Below are positions 41,201-53,700 of a stretch of DNA of 64,000 nucleotides, in pieces. The position numbers were made by a program, and so were the translations under genes. Origin of the DNA: Eledone cirrhosa (taxonomy: Eukaryota). The stretch covers positions 2,170,001-2,234,000 of the forward strand of contig CAXHJY010000096.1 of NCBI GenBank assembly GCA_964016885.1, given 5' to 3'. Every line of letters begins with the position of its first letter. Within the stretch, counting starts at the first letter, position 1. A model generated the notes under the pieces. It made no database searches and was not told the DNA's origin. It saw nothing but the letters and a program-made list of their open reading frames with translations.

Positions 41201-44200
41201 TAATTTGTAAAAAAATTCATGGGGAGATAATTTGTAAAAAAAAATCAGGGGTAGATAATTTGTAAAAAAAAATCAGGGGGAGATAATTTGTAAAAAAAAA
41301 TCAGGGGGAGATAATTTGTAAAAAAAATCAAGGGGAGATAATTTCCAGCCGTCCAAGGGGAGATAATTTTCAGCCGTCCAAGGAGAGGTAATTTCTAGCC
41401 GTCCAAGGGGAGATAATTTCCAGCCGTCCAAGGGGAGGTAATTTCCAGCCGTCCAAGGGGAGATAATTTTTAAAAAAAAATCAGGCGGAGATAATTTGTA
41501 AAAAAAATCAAGGGGAGATAATTTGCAGCCGTCCAAGGGGAGATAATTTTCAGTCGTCCAAGGAGAGGTAATTTCTAGCCGTCCAAGGGGAGATAATTGC
41601 CAGCCGTCCAAGGGGAGATAATTTCCAGCCGTCCAAGGGGAGATAATTTTTTTTAAAAAATCAGGCGGAGATAATTTGTAAAAAAAATCAGGGGGAGATA
41701 ATTTGTAAACAAAATCAGGGGGAGATAATTTGTAAAAAAAAATCAGGGGGAGATAATTTGTAAAAAAAATCATGGAGAGATAATTTCCAGCCGTCCAAGG
41801 TGAGATAATTTCCAGCCTTCCAAGGAGACATATTTTCCAGCCGTCCAAGGCGAGGTAATTTCTAGCCGTCCAAGGGGAGATAAATTCCAGCCTCCAAGGG
41901 GAGATAATTTCCAGCTAGCCAAGTGGAGATAATTTGTAAAAAAATCAGGGGGAGATAATTTGTAAAAAATATCAGGGAGATAATTTGTAAAAAAAATCAG
42001 GGGGAGATAATTTGTAAAAAAAATCAGGGGGAGATAATTTGTAAAAAAAAATCAGGGGGAGATAATTTGTAAAAAAAATCAAGGGGAGATAATTTCCAGC
42101 CGTCCAAGGGGAGATAATTTTCAGCCGTCCAAGGGGAGATAATTTCCCGCCAGCCAAGGGAAGAAAATATTTAAAAAAATCAGGCGGAGATAATTTGTAA
42201 AAAAAATCAGGGGGAGATAATTTGTAAAAAAATCAGGGGGAGATAATTTGTAAAAAAAAAATCAGGGGGAGATAATTTGTAAAAAAAATCAGGGGGAGAT
42301 AATTTGTAAAAAAAAATCAGGGATAGATAATTTGTAAACAAAAATCAGGGGGAGATAATTTGTAAAAAAAAATCAGGGGGAGATAATTTGTAAAAAAAAT
42401 GAAAGGGGAGATAATATCCAGCCGTCCAAGGGGAGATAATTTCCAGCCGTCCAAGGGGATATAATTTCCAGCCGTCCAAGGGGAGATAATTTCCATCCTT
42501 CCAAGGGGATATAATTTCCAGCCGTCCAAGGGGAGATAATTTCCCGCCAGCCAAGGGAAGATAATTTTTAAAAAAATCAGGCGGAGATTGTAAAAAAAAT
42601 CAGGGGGGAGATAATTTGTAAAAAAATCAGGGGGAGATAATTTGTAAAAAATAATCAGGGGGAGATAATTTGTAAAAAAATTCAAGGGGAGATAATTTCC
42701 AGCCGTCCAAGGGGAGATAATTTCCCGCCAGCCAAGGGAAGATAATATTTAAAAAAATTAGGCGGAGATAATTTGTAAAAAAAATCAGGTGGAGATAATT
42801 TGTAAAAAAATCAGGGGGAGATAATTTGTAAAAAAAATCAGGGGGAGATAATTTGTAAAAAAAATCATGGGGAGATAATTTGTAAAAAAAAATCAGGGGT
42901 AGATAATTTGTAAAAAAAAATCAGGGGGAGATAATTTGTAAAAAAAAATCAGGGGGAGATAATTTGTAAAAAAAATCAAGGGGAGATAATATCCAGCCGT
43001 CCAAGGAGAGATAATTTAAAAAAAAAATGAGGCGGAGATAATTTGTAAAAAAAAAATCAGGGGGAGTTAATTTGTAAAAAAAAATGAGGGGGAGATAATT
43101 TGTAAAAAAAATCAAGGGGAGATAATTTCCAGCCGTCCAAGGGGAGATAATTTTCAGCCGTCCAAGGAGAGGTAATTTCTAGCCGTCCAAGGGGAGATAA
43201 TTTCCAGCCGTCCAAGGGGAGGTAATTTCCAGCCGTCCAAGGGGAGATAATTTAAAAAAAAAAATCAGGCGGAGATAATTTGTAAAAAAAATCAAGGGGA
43301 GATAATTTGCAGCCGTCCAAGGGGAGATAATTTTCAGTCGTCCAAGGAGAGGTAATTTCTAGCCGTCCAAGGGGAGATAATTTCCAGCCGTCCAAGGGGA
43401 GATAATTTCCAGCCGTCCAAGGGGAGATAATTTTTTTTAAAAAATCAGGCGGAGATAATTTGTAAAAAAAATCAGGGGGAGATAATTTGTAAACAAAATC
43501 AGGGGGAGATAATTTGTAAAAAAAAATCAGGGGGAGATAATTTGTAAAAAAAATTAGGCGTAGATAATTTGTAAAAAAAAATCAGGGGGAGATAATTTGT
43601 AAAAAAAAATCAGGGGGAGATAATTTGTTTAAAAAATCAAGGGGAGATAATTTGCAGCCGTCCAAGGGGAGATAATTTTCAGCCGTCCAAGGAGAGGTAA
43701 TTTCTAGCCGTTCAAGGGGAGATAATTTCCAGCCGTCCAAGGGGAGATAATTTTTTTTAAAAAATCAGGCGGAGATAATTTGTAAAAAAAAATCAGGGGG
43801 AGATAATTCGTAAAAAAAAATCAGGGGGAGATAATTTGTAAAAAAAAATCAGGGGGAGATAATTTGTAAAAAAAATCAAGGGGAGATAATTTCCAGCCGT
43901 CCAAGGGGAGGTAATATCTAGCCGTCCAAGGGGAGATAATTTCCAGCCGTCCAAGGGGAGATAATTTCCAGCCGTCCAAGGGGAGATAATTTCCAGCCGT
44001 CCAAGGAGACATATTTTCCAGCCGTCCAAGGCGAGGTAATTTCTAGCCGTCCAAGGAGAGATTAATTCCAGCCTCCAAGGGGAGATAATTTCCAGCCAGC
44101 CAAGGGGAGATAATTTGTAAAAAAATCAGGGGGAGATAATTTGTAAAAAATATCAGGGAGATAATTTGTAAAAAAAAATCAGGGGGAGATAATTTGTAAA

Positions 44201-47200
44201 AAAAATCAGGGGGAGATAATTTGTAAAAAAAAATCAGGGGGAGATAATTTGTAAAAAAAATCAAGGGGAGATAATTTCCAGCCGTCCAAGGGGAGATAAT
44301 TTTCAGCCGTCCAAGGAGAGGTAATTTCTAACCGTCCGAGGAGAGATAATTTCCAGCCGTCCAAGGGGAGATAATTTCCAGCCGTCCAAGGGGAGATAAT
44401 TTCCAGCCGTCCAAGGAGACATATTTTCCAGCCGTCCAAGGAGAGGTAATTTCTAGCCGTCCAAGGGGAGATAAATTCCAGCCTCCAAGGGGAGATAATT
44501 TCCAGCCAGCCAAGGGGAGATAATTTGTAAAAAAATCAGGGGGAGATAATTTGCAAAAAAAATCAGGGGGAGATAATTTGTAAAAAAAATCAGGGGGAGA
44601 TAATTTGTAAAAAATAATCAGGGGGAGATAATTTCCAGCCGTCCAAGGGAAGATAATTTCCAGCCCTCCAAGGGGCTATAATTTCCAGTGTCCAAGGGGA
44701 GATAATTTCCAGCCAGCGAAGGGGAGATAATTTTTTTTTAAAAATCATTGGGAGATTTGTAAAAAAAATCAGGGGGAGATAATTTGTAAAAAAAATCAAG
44801 GGGAGATAATTTCCAGCCGTCCAAGGGGAGGTAATATCTAGCCGTCCAAGGGTAGATAATTTCCAGCCGTCCAACGGGAGATAATTTCCAGCCGTCCAAG
44901 GGTAGATAATATCCAGCCGCCCAAGGACATATTTTCCAGCCGTCCAAGGAGAGGTAATTTCTAGCCGTCCAAGGGGAGATAATTTCCAGCCGTCCAAGGG
45001 TAGATAATATCCAGCCGTCCAAGGACATATTTTCCAGCCGTCCAAGGAGAGGTAATTTCTAGCCGTCCAAGGGGAGATAAATTCCAGCCTCCAAGGGGAG
45101 ATAATTTCCAGCCAGCCAAGGGGAGATAATTTGTAAAAAAATCAGGGGGAGATAATTTGTAAAAAAAATCAGGGGGAGATAATTTGTAAAAAAAAATCAG
45201 GGGGAGATAATTTGTAAAAAAAATCAGGGTGAGATAATTTGCAAAAAAAATCAGGGGGAGATAATTTGTAAAAAAAATCAGGGGTAGATAATTTGTAAAA
45301 AAAAATCAGGGGGAGATAATTTGTAAAAAAAAATCAGGGGGAGATAATTTGTAAAAAAAATCAAGGGGAGATAATTTCCAGCCGTCCAAGGAGAGATAAT
45401 TTTAAAAAAAATCAGGCGGAGATAATTTGTAAAAAAAAATCAGGGGGAGATAATTTGTAAAAAAAATCAGGGGGAGATAATTTGTAAAAAAAAATCAGGG
45501 GTAGATAATTTGTAAAAAAAAATCAGGGGGAGATAATTTGTAAAAAAAAATCAGGAGGAGATAATTTGTAAAAAAAATCAAGGGGAGATAATTTCCAGCC
45601 GTCCAAGGAGAGATAATTTAAAAAAAAATCAGGCGGAGATAATTTGTAAAAAAAAATCAGGGGGAGATAATTTGTAAAAAAATCAGGGGGAGATAATTTG
45701 TAAAAAAAAAAATCAGCGGGAGATAATTTGTAAAAAAAATCAGGGGGAGATAATTTGTAAAAAAAATCAGGGGTAGATAATTTGTAAAAAAAAATCAGGG
45801 GGAGATAATTTGTAAAAAAAAATCAGGGGGAGATAATTTGTAAAAAAAATGAAAGGGGAGATAATATCCAGCCGTCCAAGGGGAGATAATTTCCAGCCGT
45901 CCAAGGGGAGATAATTTCCAGCCGTCCAAGGGGAGATAATTTCCATCCTTCCAAGGGGATATAATTTCCAGCCGTCCAAGGGGAGATAATTTCCATCCTT
46001 CCAAGGGGATATAATTTCCAGCCGTCCAAGGGGAGATAATTTTCAGCCGTCCAAGGAGAGGTAATTTCTAGCCGTCCAAGGAGAGATAATTTCCAGCCGT
46101 CCAAGGGGAGATAATTTCCAGCCGTCCAAGGGGAGATAATTTCCAGCCGTCCAAGGAGACATATTTTCCAGCCGTCCAAGGAGAGGTAATTCCTAGCCGT
46201 CCAAGGGGAGATAAATTCCAGCCTCCAAGGGGAGATAATTTCCAGCCAGCCAAGGGGAGATAATTTGTAAAAAAAATCAGGGGGAGATAATTTGTAAAAA
46301 AAATCAGGGGGAGATAATTTGTAAAAAAAAATCAGGGGTAGATAATTTGTAAAAAATAATCAGGGGGACATAATTTGTAAAAAAAATCAAGGGGAGATAA
46401 TTTCCAGCCGTCCAAGGGGAGATAATTTTCAGCCGTCCAAGGGGAGATAATTTCCCGCCAGCCAAGGGAAGATAATATTTAAAAAAATTAGGCGGAGATA
46501 ATTTGTAAAAAAAATCAGGGGGAGATAATTTGTAAAAAAATCAGGGGGAGATAATTTGTAAAAAAAATCAGGGGGAGATAATTTGTAAAAAAATCAGTGG
46601 GAGATAATTTGTAAAAAAAAATCAGGGGGAGATAATTTGTAAAAAAAATCAAGGGGAGATAATTTCCAGCCGTCCAAGGGAAGATAATTTCCAGCCCTCC
46701 AAGGGGCTATAATTTCCAGCGTCCAAGGGGAGATAATTTCCAGCCAGCGAAGGGGAGATAATTTTTTTTAAAAAATCATTGGGAGATTTGTAAAAAAAAT
46801 CAGGGGGAGATAATTTGTAAAAAAAATCAAGGGGAGATAATTTCCAGCCGTCCAAGGGGAGGTAATATCTAGCCGTCCAAGGGGAGATAATTTCCAGCCG
46901 TCCAAGGGGAGATAATTTCCAGCCGTCCAAGGGTAGATAATATCCAGCCGTCCAAGGACATATTTTCCAGCCGTCCAAGGAGAGGTAATTTCTAGCCGTC
47001 CAAGGGGAGATAAATTCCAGCCTCCAAGGTGAGATAATTTCCAGCCAGCCAAGGGGAGATAATTTGTAAAAAAATCAGGGGGAGATAATTTGTAAAAAAA
47101 ATCAGGGGGAGATAATTTGTAAAAAAAAATCAGGGGGAGATAATTTGTAAAAAAAAATCAGGGGGAGATAATTTGTAAAAAAAAATCAGGGGGAGATAAT

Positions 47201-47790
47201 TTGTAAAAAAATCAAGGGGAGATAATTTCCAGCCGTCCAAGGGGAGATAATTTTCAGCCGTCCAAGGGGAGATAATTTCCCGCCAGCCAAGGGAAGATAA
47301 TATTTGAAAAAATCAGGCGGAGATAATTTGTAAAAAAAATCAGGGGGAGATAATTTGTAAAAAAATCAGGGGGAGATAATTTGTAAAAAAAAAATCAGGG
47401 GGAGATAATTTGTAAAAAGAATCAGGGGGAGATAATTTGTAAAAAAAAATCAGGGGTAGATAAATTGTAAAAAAAAATCAGGGGGAGATAATTTGTAAAA
47501 AAAATCAGGGGGAGATAATTTGTAAAAAAAATGAAAGGGGAGATAATATCCAGCCGTCCAAGGGGAGATAATTTCCAGCCGTCCAAGGGGAGATAATTTC
47601 CAGCCGTCCAAGGGGAGATAATTTCCATCCTTCCAAGGGGATATAATTTCCAGCCGTCCAAGGGGAGATAATTTCCCGCCAGCCAAGGGAAGATAATTTT
47701 TAAAATAATCAGGCGGAGATTGTAAAAAAAATCAGGGGGGAGATAATTTGTAAAAAAATCAGGGGGAGATAATTTGTAAAAAAAAATCAG
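26221..47790. repeat. ~21.6 kb higher-order tandem duplication, copy 2
   Basis: Collinear with 4.6-26.2 kb. It differs by a 55-bp (two-monomer) deletion at ~32490 and scattered substitutions or 1-bp homopolymer changes. Confidence 0.92.
33160..41310. repeat. ~4.05 kb internal tandem duplication (two copies), counterpart within 21.6 kb copy 2
   Basis: ORF offsets 33156/37201, 33675/37720 and 34912/38957 (4045); 35768/39840 and 36541/40613 (4072). Confidence 0.9.
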
Positions 47791-50700
47791 GGGGAGATAA
47801 TTTGTAAAAAATAATCAGGGGGAGATAATTTGTAAAAAAAAATCAAGGGGAGATAATTTCCAGCCGTCCAAGGGGAGATAATTTCCCGCCAGCCAAGGGA
47901 AGATAATATTTAAAAAAATTAGGCGGAGATAATTTGTAAAAAAAATCAGGGGGAGATAATTTGTAAAAAAATCAGGGGGAGATAATTTGTAAAAAAAATC
48001 AGGGGGAGATAATTTGTAAAAAAATTCATGGGGAGATAATTTGTAAAAAAAAATCAGGGGTAGATAATTTGTAAAAAAAAATCAGGGGGAGATAATTTGT
48101 AAAAAAAAATCAGGGGGAGATAATTTGTAAAAAAAATCAAGGGGAGATAATTTCCAGCCGTCCAAGGGGAGATAATTTTCAGCCGTCCAAGGAGAGGTAA
48201 TTTCTAGCCGTCCAAGGGGAGATAATTTCCAGCCGTCCAAGGGGAGGTAATTTCCAGCCGTCCAAGGGGAGATAATTTAAAAAAAAAAATCAGGCGGAGA
48301 TAATTTGTAAAAAAAATCAAGGGGAGATAATTTGCAGCCGTCCAAGGGGAGATAATTTTCAGTCGTCCAAGGAGAGGTAATTTCTAGCCGTCCAAGGGGA
48401 GATAATTGCCAGCCGTCCAAGGGGAGATAATTTCCAGCCGTCCAAGGGGAGATAATTTTTTTTAAAAAATCAGGGGGAGATAATTTGTAAAAAAAATCAT
48501 GGAGAGATAATTTCCAGCCGTCCAAGGTGAGATAATTTCCAGCCGTCCAAGGAGACATATTTTCCAGCCGTCCAAGGCGAGGTAATTTCTAGCCGTCCAA
48601 GGGGAGATAAATTCCAGCCTCCAAGGGGAGATAATTTCCAGCCAGCCAAGTGGAGATAATTTGTAAAAAAATCAGGGGGAGATAATTTGTAAAAAATATC
48701 AGGGAGATAATTTGTAAAAAAAAATCAGGGGGAGATAATTTGTAAAAAAAATCAGGGGGAGATAATTTGTAAAAAAAAATCAGGGGGAGATAATTTGTAA
48801 AAAAAATCAAGGGGAGATAATTTCCAGCCGTCCAAGGGGAGATAATTTTCAGCCGTCCAAGGGGAGATAATTTCCCGCCAGCCAAGGGAAGATAATATTT
48901 AAAAAAATCAGGCGGAGATAATTTGTAAAAAAAATCAGGGGGAGATAATTTGTAAAAAAATCAGGGGGAGATAATTTGTAAAAAAAAAATCAGGGGGAGA
49001 TAATTTGTAAAAAAAATCAGGGGGAGATAATTTGTAAAAAAAAATCAGGGGTAGATAATTTGTAAACAAAAATCAGGGGGAGATAATTTGTAAAAAAAAA
49101 TCAGGGGGAGATAATTTGTAAAAAAAATGAAAGTGGAGATAATATCCAGCCGTCCAAGGGGAGATAATTTCCAGCCGTCCAAGGGGATATAATTTCCAGC
49201 CGTCCAAGGGGAGATAATTTCCATCCTTCCAAGGGGATATAATTTCCAGCCGTCCAAGGGGAGATAATTTCCCGCCAGCCAAGGGAAGATAATTTTTAAA
49301 AAAATCAGGCGGAGATTGTAAAAAAAATCAGGGGGGAGATAATTTGTAAAAAAATCAGGGGGAGATAATTTGTAAAAAATAATCAGGGGGAGATAATTTG
49401 TAAAAAAATTCAAGGGGAGATAATTTCCAGCCGTCCAAGGGGAGATAATTTCCCGCCAGCCAAGGGAAGATAATATTTAAAAAAATTAGGCGGAGATAAT
49501 TTGTAAAAAAATCAGGGGGAGATAATTTGTAAAAAAAATCAGGGGGAGATAATTTGTAAAAAAAATCATGGGGAGATAATTTGTAAAAAAAAATCAGGGG
49601 TAGATAATTTGTAAAAAAAAATCAGGGGGAGATAATTTGTAAAAAAAAATCAGGGGGAGATAATTTGTAAAAAAAAATCAAGGGGAGATAATATCCAGCC
49701 GTCCAAGGAGAGATAATTTTAAAAAAAAATGAGGCGGAGATAATTTGTAAAAAAAAAATCAGGGGGAGTTAATTTGTAAAAAAAAATGAGGGGGAGATAA
49801 TTTGTAAAAAAAATCAAGGGGAGATAATTTCCAGCCGTCCAAGGGGAGATAATTTTCAGCCGTCCAAGGAGAGGTAATTTCTAGCCGTCCAAGGGGAGAT
49901 AATTTCCAGCCGTCCAAGGGGAGGTAATTTCCAGCCGTCCAAGGGGAGATAATTTTAAAAAAAAAATCAGGCGGAGATAATTTGTAAAAAAAATCAAGGG
50001 GAGATAATTTGCAGCCGTCCAAGGGGAGATAATTTTCAGTCGTCCAAGGAGAGGTAATTTCTAGCCGTCCAAGGGGAGATAATTTCCAGCCGTCCAAGGG
50101 GAGATAATTTCCAGCCGTCCAAGGGGAGATAATTTTTTTAAAAAAATCAGGCGGAGATAATTTGTAAAAAAAATCAGGGGGAGATAATTTGTAAACAAAA
50201 TCAGGGGGAGATAATTTGTAAAAAAAAATCAGGGGGAGATAATTTGTAAAAAAAATTAGGCGTAGATAATTTGTAAAAAAAAATCAGGGGGAGATAATTT
50301 GTAAAAAAAAATCAGGGGGAGATAATTTGTTTAAAAAATCAAGGGGAGATAATTTGCAGCCGTCCAAGGGGAGATAATTTTCAGCCGTCCAAGGAGAGGT
50401 AATTTCTAGCCGTTCAAGGGGAGATAATTTCCAGCCGTCCAAGGGGAGATAATTTCCAGCCGTCCAAGGGGAGATAATTTTTTTTAAAAAATCAGGCGGA
50501 GATAATTTGTAAAAAAAAATCAGGGGGAGATAATTCGTAAAAAAAAATCAGGGGGAGATAATTTGTAAAAAAAAATCAGGGGGAGATAATTTGTAAAAAA
50601 AATCAAGGGGAGATAATTTCCAGCCGTCCAAGGGGAGGTAATATCTAGCCGTCCAAGGGGAGATAATTTCCAGCCGTCCAAGGGGAGATAATTTCCAGCC

Positions 50701-53700
50701 GTCCAAGGGGAGATAATTTCCAGCCGTCCAAGGAGACATATTTTCCAGCCGTCCAAGGCGAGGTAATTTCTAGCCGTCCAAGGGGAGATTAATTCCAGCC
50801 ACCAAGGGGAGATAATTTCCAGCCAGCCAAGGGGAGATAATTTGTAAAAAAATCAGGGGGAGATAATTTGTAAAAAATATCAGGGAGATAATTTGTAAAA
50901 AAAAATCAGGGGGAGATAATTTGTAAAAAAAATCAGGGGGAGATAATTTGTAAAAAAAAATCAGGGGGAGATAATTTGTAAAAAAAATCAAGGGGAGATA
51001 ATTTCCAGCCGTCCAAGGGGAGATAATTTTCAGCCGTCCAAGGAGAGGTAATTTCTAACCGTCCGAGGAGAGATAATTTCCAGCCCTCCAAGGGGCTATA
51101 ATTTCCAGTGTCCAAGGGGAGATAATTTCCAGCCAGAGAAGGGGAGATAATTTTTTTTAAAAAATCATTGGGAGATTTGTAAAAAAAATCAGGGGGAGAT
51201 AATTTGTAAAAAAAATCAAGGGGAGATAATTTCCAGCCGTCCAAGGGGAGGTAATATCTAGCCGTCCAAGGGGAGATAATTTCCAGCCGTCCAAGGGGAG
51301 ATAATTTCCAGCCGTCCAAGGGTAGATAATATCCAGCCGCCCAAGGACATATTTTCCAGCCGTCCAAGGAGAGGTAATTTCTAGCCGTCCAAGGGGAGAT
51401 AAATTCCAGCCTCCAAGGGGAGATAATTTCCAGCCAGCCAAGGGGAGATAATTTGTAAAAAAATCAGGGGGAGATAATTTGTAAAAAAAATCAGGGGGAT
51501 ATAATTTGTAAAAAAAAATCAGGGGGAGATAATTTGTAAAAAAAAATCAGGGGGAGATAATTTGCAAAAAAAATCAGGGGGAGATAATTTGTAAAAAAAA
51601 ATCAGGGGTAGATAATTTGTAAAAAAAAATCAGGGGGAGATAATTTGTAAAAAAAAATCAGGGGGAGATAATTTGTAAAAGAAATCAAGGGGAGATAATT
51701 TCCAGCCGTCCAAGGAGAGATAATTTTAAAAAAAATCAGGCGGAGATAATTTGTAAAAAAAAATCAGGGGGAGATAATTTGTAAAAAAAATCAGGGGGAG
51801 ATAATTTGTAAAAAAAAATCAGGGGTAGATAATTTGTAAAAAAAAATCAGGGGGAGATAATTTGTAAAAAAAATCAGGGGGAGATAATTTGTAAAAAAAA
51901 TCAAGGGGAGATAATTTCCAGCCGTCCAAGGAGAGATAATTTTAAAAAAAATCAGGCGGAGATAATTTGTAAAAAAAAATTAGGGGGAGATAATTTGTAA
52001 AAAAAAATCAGGGGGAGATAATTTGTAAAAAAAATCAAGGGGAGATAATTTCCAGCCGTCCAAGGGGAGATAATTTTCAGCCGTCCAAGGGGAGATAATT
52101 TCCCGCCAGCCAAGGGAAGATAATATTCAAAAAAATCAGGCGGAGATAATTTGTAAAAAAAATCAGGGGGAGATAATTTGTAAAAAAATCAGGGGGAGAT
52201 AATTTGTAAAAAAAAATCAGGGGTAGATAATTTGTAAAAAAAAATCAGGGGGAGATAATTTGTAAAAAAAAATCAGGAGGAGATAATTTGTAAAAAAAAT
52301 CAAGGGGAGATAATTTCCAGCCGTCCAAGGAGAGATAATTTAAAAAAAAATCAGGCGGAGATAATTTGTAAAAAAAAATCAGGGGGAGATAATTTGTAAA
52401 AAAATCAGGGGGAGATAATTTGTAAAAAAAAAAATCAGGGGGAGATAATTTGTAAAAAAAATCAGGGGGAGATAATTTGTAAAAAAAATCAGGGGTAGAT
52501 AATTTGTAAAAAAAAATCAGGGGGAGATAATTTGTAAAAAAAAATCAGGGGGAGATAATTTGTAAAAAAAATGAAAGGGGAGATAATATCCAGCCGTCCA
52601 AGGGGAGATAATTTCCAGCCGTCCAAGGGGAGATAATTTCCAGCCGTCCAAGGGGAGATAATTTCCATCCTTCCAAGGGGATATAATTTCCAGCCGTCCA
52701 AGGGGAGATAATTTCCATCCTTCCAAGGGGATATAATTTCCAGCCGTCCAAGGGGAGATAATTTTCAGCCGTCCAAGGAGAGGTAATTTCTAGCCGTCCA
52801 AGGAGAGATAATTTCCAGCCGTCCAAGGGGAGATAATTTCCAGCCGTCCAAGGGGAGATAATTTCCAGCCGTCCAAGGAGACATATTTTCCAGCCGTCCA
52901 AGGAGAGGTAATTCCTAGCCGTCCAAGGGGAGATAAATTCCAGCCTCCAAGGGGAGATAATTTCCAGCCAGCCAAGGGGAGATAATTTGTAAAAAAAATC
53001 AGGGGGAGATAATTTGTAAAAAAAATCAGGGGGAGATAATTTGTAAAAAAAAATCAGGGGTAGATAATTTGTAAAAAATAATCAGGGGGAGATAATTTGT
53101 AAAAAAAATCAAGGGGAGATAATTTCCAGCCGTCCAAGGGGAGATAATTTTCAGCCGTCCAAGGGGAGATAATTTCCCGCCAGCCAAGGGAAGATAATAT
53201 TTAAAAAAATTAGGCGGAGATAATTTGTAAAAAAAATCAGGGGGAGATAATTTGTAAAAAAATCAGGGGGAGATAATTTGTAAAAAAAATCAGGGGGAGA
53301 TAATTTGTAAAAAAATCAGGGGGAGATAATTTGTAAAAAAAAATCAGGGGGAGATAATTTGTAAAAAAAATCAAGGGGAGATAATTTCCAGCCGTCCAAG
53401 GGAAGATAATTTCCAGCCCTCCAAGGGGCTATAATTTCCAGCGTCCAAGGGGAGATAATTTCCAGCCAGCGAAGGGGAGATAATTTTTTTTAAAAAATCA
53501 TTGGAGATTTGTAAAAAAAATCAGGGGGAGATAATTTGTAAAAAAAATCAAGGGGAGATAATTTCCAGCCGTCCAAGGGGAGGTAATATCTAGCCGTCCA
53601 AGGGGAGATAATTTCCAGCCGTCCAAGGGGAGATAATTTCCAGCCGTCCAAGGGTAGATAATATCCAGCCGTCCAAGGACATATTTTCCAGCCGTCCAAG

